Origin: Octopus bimaculoides
Taxonomy: Eukaryota
NCBI RefSeq assembly: GCF_001194135.2
Contig: NC_068982.1
Location: 134,816,036-134,854,980, forward strand
DNA length: 38,945 nucleotides
Direction: 5' to 3'
In this document: in pieces, positions 35,540 to 38,945 of the stretch
Layout of the letters: every line of letters starts with the position of its first letter
How positions within the stretch are numbered: position 1 is the first letter of the stretch
Notes under the pieces: generated by a model
Database searches by the model: none
What the model was told of the DNA's origin: nothing
What the model saw: only the letters and a program-made list of their open reading frames with translations
Position numbers and translations under genes: made by a program

Positions 35540-36440
35540 TGTCCACAGAGATTCGTATTGAAAATGATACTCTTCGTATCTTTATTTTCCATCGATTTGC
35601 TCCAACATCATCAACGAGAAAACGGAAGAGATGAACCGTGGTTTGGTGCTACTTGCGTCTATTCCTACAACAACACGTCTTCTAGCTGTCTTGGGCGTTT
35701 ACCAAAATACGCTTTGAGGTTGAGCAGCGTAGGCCAAAGATATTGTTGTTGGCACTCCGTCGCTTACAACGTCGAGGGTTCCAGTTGATCCAATCAACGA
35801 AACAGCCTGCTCGTGAAATTAACGTGCAAGTGGCTGAGCACTCCACAGACACGTGTACCCTTAGCGTAGTTCTCGGGAATATTCAGCGTGACACAGTGTG
35901 ACAAGGCTGGCCCTTTGAAATACAGGCACAACAGAAACAGGAAGAAAGAGTGAGAGAAAGTTGTGGTGGAAGAGTACATCAAGGTTCGCCACCATCCCCT
36001 GCCGGAGCCTCGTGGAGCTTTAGGTGTTTTCGCTCAATAAACNNNNNNNNNNGGCTGAGCACTCCACAGACACGTGTACCCTTAGCGTAGTTCTCGGGAA
36101 TATTCAGCGTGACACAGTGTGACAAGGCTGGCCCTTTGAAATACAGGCACAACAGAAACAGGAAGAAAGAGTGAGAGAAAGTTGTGGTGGAAGAGTACAT
36201 CAAGGTTCGCCACCATCCCCTGCCGGAGCCTCGTGGAGCTTTAGGTGTTTTCGCTCAATAAACACTCACAATGCTCGGTCTGGGAATCGAAACCGCGATC
36301 CTATGACCGCGAGTCCGCTGCCCTAACCACTGGGCCATTGCGCCTCCACAGGCCAAAGATATATAGATGTATGAAACTGTTACGCCGTGTCTTCTACGCC
36401 TAGGAAACCTGGTATGGAGACTGGAATTCTTGAAGTTTTG
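35540..36440 (+). pseudogene. Possible ancient RTE-like LINE relic interrupted by the SINE B insertion
   Basis: Right of the SINE, TV.P.LL-YA*ETW resembles the RTE LLYGxETW motif; left side only weakly similar. Confidence 0.25.
35744..36347 (-). mobile_element. SINE family B, full length, 13-bp TSD; 211 bp duplicated around a 10-N gap
   Basis: AGGCCAAAGATAT at 35731-35743 and 36350-36362; 35832-36042 = 36053-36263. Confidence 0.93.
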
Positions 36441-37561
36441 GTCTGCTTCTTACTAATTCTTCTTTACGTTGGTGACAACAGAAATCAGACTGGTTGGTGC
36501 CGCTACTATTGATATTGTTGCTATTGAATATCTAAAAATAATTTCTTCGTTAACAACTCATTATCAGTGACAAATCATTTCACGAATTTATGTTAACTTT
36601 GTCGAGAAATACAACAAAATGGCAGGCGAGAATAACACATCTGCATTTTTTTTCACTGAGTAAATAACGTCTCTGTTTGATTTACAATTGAATTTCCTTA
36701 TTCCGTAATTGAAAGAAAACATATCACTGAGATTGATATCTAAATGAAAGATTACTACGCTGGATACGAGAAGTTTTAGTAAGATTTCTTAAGAAATGGG
36801 ACAGAAAAAATGGCTGCATTTTGATATATATCGAATTCCTATACGTGAACACATACTACACATACTACCTCTTACAAATATATGCATTAATATTTATACA
36901 TAGCTACATTCACACAGACGAACCAGACTGACTATAACGAGATTACCAAAAGGTTCACGTAAACTCAATAGGAAAAAGATTTTGGATACAGATATGACTG
37001 TATGTGTACCATCGCTGAGTGCTTCCCATTCCTCTACTTATTTGCTCAGTGGCTGAATTTATGAGTTTAGAAAGATATAACTCAGTTACATCATCTTTTC
37101 TCCTACTCTGTTCTCTACCTTTTACTTTCTACCATACTCTCTCTTCAACATATTCCCTTACTAAAGATAAATGTCTGGAAGAGACTAACAACCTGTGCTT
37201 ATGGTAGTGAAGGGGTACAAAATCCACTTAGACATCGATACAAGGTTTATTGGTCAGGTAGATAATATTTGCGTTACAGTTCAGGCATAGAATGCGGCCT
37301 ACAATGGAGAAACTTACCCACTAATACAAACTACACAGCTTTTAGTCAGTGTTGCATTCCTCCAAGAGCATAACCCAAATCGTCACTTTCTAAACATAAA
37401 TAGCACAAAGAGCCCTCAAGGTAGCTATAGCTTTAAGACTTCACTATAAACGTCTCAGAAACCTGTTTTTATAATCTAAGAATATTGTAGAAAAATTCAC
37501 ACTGCTGAAATATTCTTGGCACAAACAGAAGCCTGTCTCTAAATAAAAATACATTCTTTTG

Positions 37562-37955
37562 AATGCATACATACATACATACATACATACATAATACATA
37601 CATAATACATACATACATATACGCATGCATACATACATGCATGCATACATACATACATACATACATAATACATACATACATACACGCATGCATACATACA
37701 TGCATGCATACATACATGCATGCATGTATGTATGCATGTATACATACATACATACATACATACATACATACATGCATGCATGCATGCATGCATGCATACA
37801 TACATACATACAAACATACATACATACATGTTGATGGCACTCCGTCGCTCACGACGTCGAGGGTTCCAGTTGATCCTATCAACGGAACAGCCTGCTCGTG
37901 ACATACATACATACATACATATATACATACATACATACATATGTATGTATGTATA
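37562..37955. repeat. (CATA)n/(CATG)n microsatellite containing a SINE B 3' fragment (37830-37901)
   Basis: Direct reading; the fragment aligns with 22650-22717. Confidence 0.92.
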
Positions 37956-38503
37956 CTCTGCTGAAGGATTTTTTCACAGTGAACTGTCGACAAAAAAACA
38001 CCGCATTTCTTTAGTGTTTGTAAATAATGCTTTAAATATTATTTTGCTTCATGGTAGCGGTAATAACGATGATGAGGAAGAGAGGAAGGGACGAGGATAA
38101 TCTTGATCAACGTTGTCGTCAACACCACCTCTGGCACCCCTCACACCATCATCGCTATTATCATGATGGTTTTCTGTTCCTTTGTTAGTTCGCCTGTTGT
38201 GTTTCCCATATGTTGCTTTGTCCAGTGTTGTGTTTCGAGTTTGTTTGCTGTGTTTGAAGAGGAGTGAATATGTGTGATCGTTTGTTTGTCTGTTGTTTAT
38301 TGGTCAGTGTTTATAATTCGTGTGAATGGACAAATATTTGCTGTATGAAGGCTGCGCAGTCACTGTGTCTGTGTATTATATTTTTGCTAGCATGTTTGTG
38401 CATTCGTTGATGTGTATGCAATGTGGTTTGCTTGGCAGTGAGTGACTGCAGCGTCTTGATGTCCGTCTCGGCGTTAAGTTTGTGTGAATAATTATATAGC
38501 TAA

Positions 38504-38700
38504 GTGGTGAGCTGGCAGGATCGTTGTCACGTCGGACGAAATGCTTATTCTGGCTTTTTCCTGTTCTGGGTTCAAATCCCAGCGAGATCGACTTTGCCTT
38601 TTATCCCTTCGGGTGTCACTGAAATAAAATACAGACCAAGTGTTGTGGGTCAGTGATATCAATTTATCCCCACCCCTAAAACATTGCTGCCTAAAAACCC
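38504..38700 (+). mobile_element. SINE family C
   Basis: GTGGTGAGCTGGCAGGATCGTT, GGGTTCAAATCCC, GACTTTGCCTTTTATCCCTTCGGG. Confidence 0.85.
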
Positions 38701-38754
38701 TGCGACAGACTGGCAATGATATGATTTCGGGAAGAATTTTATGTTTCTTATTTC

Positions 38755-38945
38755 TTTATTGCCCACAAGGGGCTAAACATAGAGGGGACAAACAAGGACA
38801 GACAAAGGGATTAAGTCGATTATATCGACCCCATTTCGTAACTGGTACTTAATTTATCGACCCCGAAAGGATGAAAGGAAAAGTCGACCTCGGCGGAATT
38901 TGAACTCAGAACGTAACAGCAGACGAAATACTGCTAAGCATTTCG
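38755..38945 (-). mobile_element. SINE family C, younger copy, cut by window end
   Basis: TTATCGACCCCGAAAGGATGAAAGGAAAAGTCGACCTCGGCGGAATTTGAACTCAGAACG. Confidence 0.9.

Noticed and set aside
35832-36263. 211-bp internal duplication in SINE B
   Set aside because: Identical copies straddle a 10-N gap, and the gap at 22944 opens at the same SINE position (CGCTCAATAAAC), pointing to an assembler repeat boundary.

Overview
AT-rich, gene-poor eukaryotic DNA from a gapped draft assembly (8 N-gaps). The SINE repertoire and microsatellite density suggest an octopod cephalopod; this is inferred from recalled similarity, not from a search. I see no complete host gene, only one candidate 79-nt exon (8858-8936, minus). 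The window is mostly microsatellites, three tRNA-derived SINE families, a CR1/L2-group LINE 3' end, mariner relics, two long foldback hairpins and several Penelope-like element (PLE) remnants. The main signal is a decayed Naiad-type PLE (11803-14651, RT plus C-terminal GIY-YIG) with an inverted pseudo-LTR. Its pLTR carries a type I hammerhead ribozyme that is split between strands at this locus but has a complete core in a solo copy at ~23296-23400. That hammerhead has a palindromic stem III and a 49-nt loop-II insertion able to form an H-type pseudoknot, with both helices retained in the related copies. Secondary signals are a LINE 3' tail shared with one SINE family, a module-swapped SINE with a 12-bp TSD, and a 56-bp tandem unit with hammerhead-like topology. 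Almost all long ORFs in the supplied track are N-gap or microsatellite artefacts. All alignments and folds were done by eye.
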